Virus record (IMG/VR): IMGVR_UViG_2654587792_000011
Strand: one strand, 5' to 3'
Source: a virus
Taxonomy: Duplodnaviria; Heunggongvirae; Uroviricota; Caudoviricetes
DNA: 14,367 bases
Below are positions 13,029-14,367 of this stretch, piece by piece (the stretch's first letter is position 1; each line of letters opens with the position of its first letter). The notes beneath the pieces are model-generated. The model was not told where the DNA came from, searched no databases, and saw only the letters and a list, made by a program, of their open reading frames with translations. The translations under genes were made by a program, and so were the position numbers.

Positions 13029-13610
13029 ATGCAATACGATGAATTCCAGGCTGAAGCAACAGCCAATGGTATACGAACTGGCAGTATGACGATTGATTAT
13101 CACGACGCCATACGTCGTCTGGATGCCGGAGAATTCGATACTCCTAATGTGCGAGGTTTACGTATCCTTCAGTGTCTGGCGCAAGCCGACGAAGCAGGAT
13201 TACTGGGTAAACTTCCGGTTGAGATGAAGGTTGCTCAGTGGCGATGGTTGTATGTGACGACATTCATCAACGAAGAAGAAGACAAGAACGGCACAATTGA
13301 TATCCTGAATGAACACGGAACAACTGAACACGCCGTGGTATATAACGGGATGTATGGGTTTATGACGATATATCCCGGCCCCATTCGATTTGCCTTACAA
13401 CAGTATATTGAATGGAATTTAATTCAAAAATACGGCGAAGCTGAAGGAATGGGAAGAGCGCTGTTTCTTTATCAGAAAATGCTCACTACTTCCCCTGATA
13501 AAGGTTTCATTCTTTCAGATATGGGTCGAGAAGGGCTTGAAATCCTTCTGGATGAAATTATTAACGAAATGAATACTCATGGCATGCAATCCGAAACAGA
13601 TATTAAGTAA
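13029..13610 (+). CDS. orphan acidic protein (193 aa), unknown function
   Basis: Starts 5 nt after the previous stop, with GAGGAA upstream. No motif I recognise. Confidence 0.65.
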   Translation: MQYDEFQAEATANGIRTGSMTIDYHDAIRRLDAGEFDTPNVRGLRILQCLAQADEAGLLGKLPVEMKVAQWRWLYVTTFINEEEDKNGTIDILNEHGTTEHAVVYNGMYGFMTIYPGPIRFALQQYIEWNLIQKYGEAEGMGRALFLYQKMLTTSPDKGFILSDMGREGLEILLDEIINEMNTHGMQSETDIK

Positions 13611-13620
13611 AAGGGACCAC

Positions 13621-13806
13621 ATGACCGTTATCGAGTATATCCAGGAAAATCCAGATTGCAGTAGAGAAGATATATCCCTCGCACTTGGAAGAAGCGCAAC
13701 TTCTATCAGTAATGAATTATCACGGTTATTGTGGAATGGGTTAATAGTACGAACTGGAGAAAAAAACAAAATGATTCTGTACTGCGTAAACAATCTGCCG
13801 TTTTGA
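13621..13806 (+). CDS. small winged-helix protein (61 aa) whose stop codon lies in the IS end
   Basis: ATG 13621 lies 10 nt after the previous stop. wHTH-like REDISLALGRSATSISNELSRLLWNGLIVRTG. The TGA (13804..13806) is the first three bases of the IS terminal repeat. Confidence 0.6.
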   Translation: MTVIEYIQENPDCSREDISLALGRSATSISNELSRLLWNGLIVRTGEKNKMILYCVNNLPF

Positions 13807-13875
13807 AGTGGCACACTGAATTTGGCCACCTGAACAGAGGTGATATGCTCACCTCAGAACAACACAGGTGCTCCA

Positions 13876-14367
<492 letters not shown>

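Noticed and set aside
12894-13103. 69-aa minus-strand ORF with a poly-Ser run
   Set aside because: It is the antisense reading of the (GATGAA)n repeat. It has no SD and lies fully inside two well-supported plus-strand genes.
13840-13875. Upstream ATG (13840) for IS911 orfA
   Set aside because: The recalled IS911 OrfA begins [10 protein letters not shown], corresponding to ATG 13876.

Overview
This window is the immunity, replication and late-regulatory segment of a lambdoid, Stx-phage-like Escherichia/Shigella prophage, cut at its right end by an IS911-type IS3-family element. All calls come from reading the sequence and from recalled family knowledge; no searches were run. On the minus strand, right to left, the genes are: a cro-like HTH, a Rha-like regulator in the cII position, a ~400-nt non-coding block, then rha. 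Next comes a translationally coupled chain (ATGA/GTGA overlaps) of three small orphans, a replication organizer, a DnaC-like loader, a DnaB-like helicase and an 85-aa coiled coil. These are followed by DUF968, RusA, antiterminator Q, a PR'/tR'-like unit, a small wHTH, an orphan N6-adenine methyltransferase and three tRNAs (Ile2-CAU, Arg-UCG, Arg-UCU). On the plus strand are a LexA/S24-type cI repressor, its terminator, a near-consensus PL-like promoter with a palindromic operator, and a seven-gene orphan accessory locus ending at the IS. The most notable observation is that the long rha ORF hides a P1 c4/immI-style antisense-RNA switch. Others are an oop-like convergent RNA, domain-shuffled orphan genes with an antisense-embedded gene, a (GATGAA)n acidic-tail microsatellite, and terminator-bounded sRNA candidates where Stx phages carry toxin genes.
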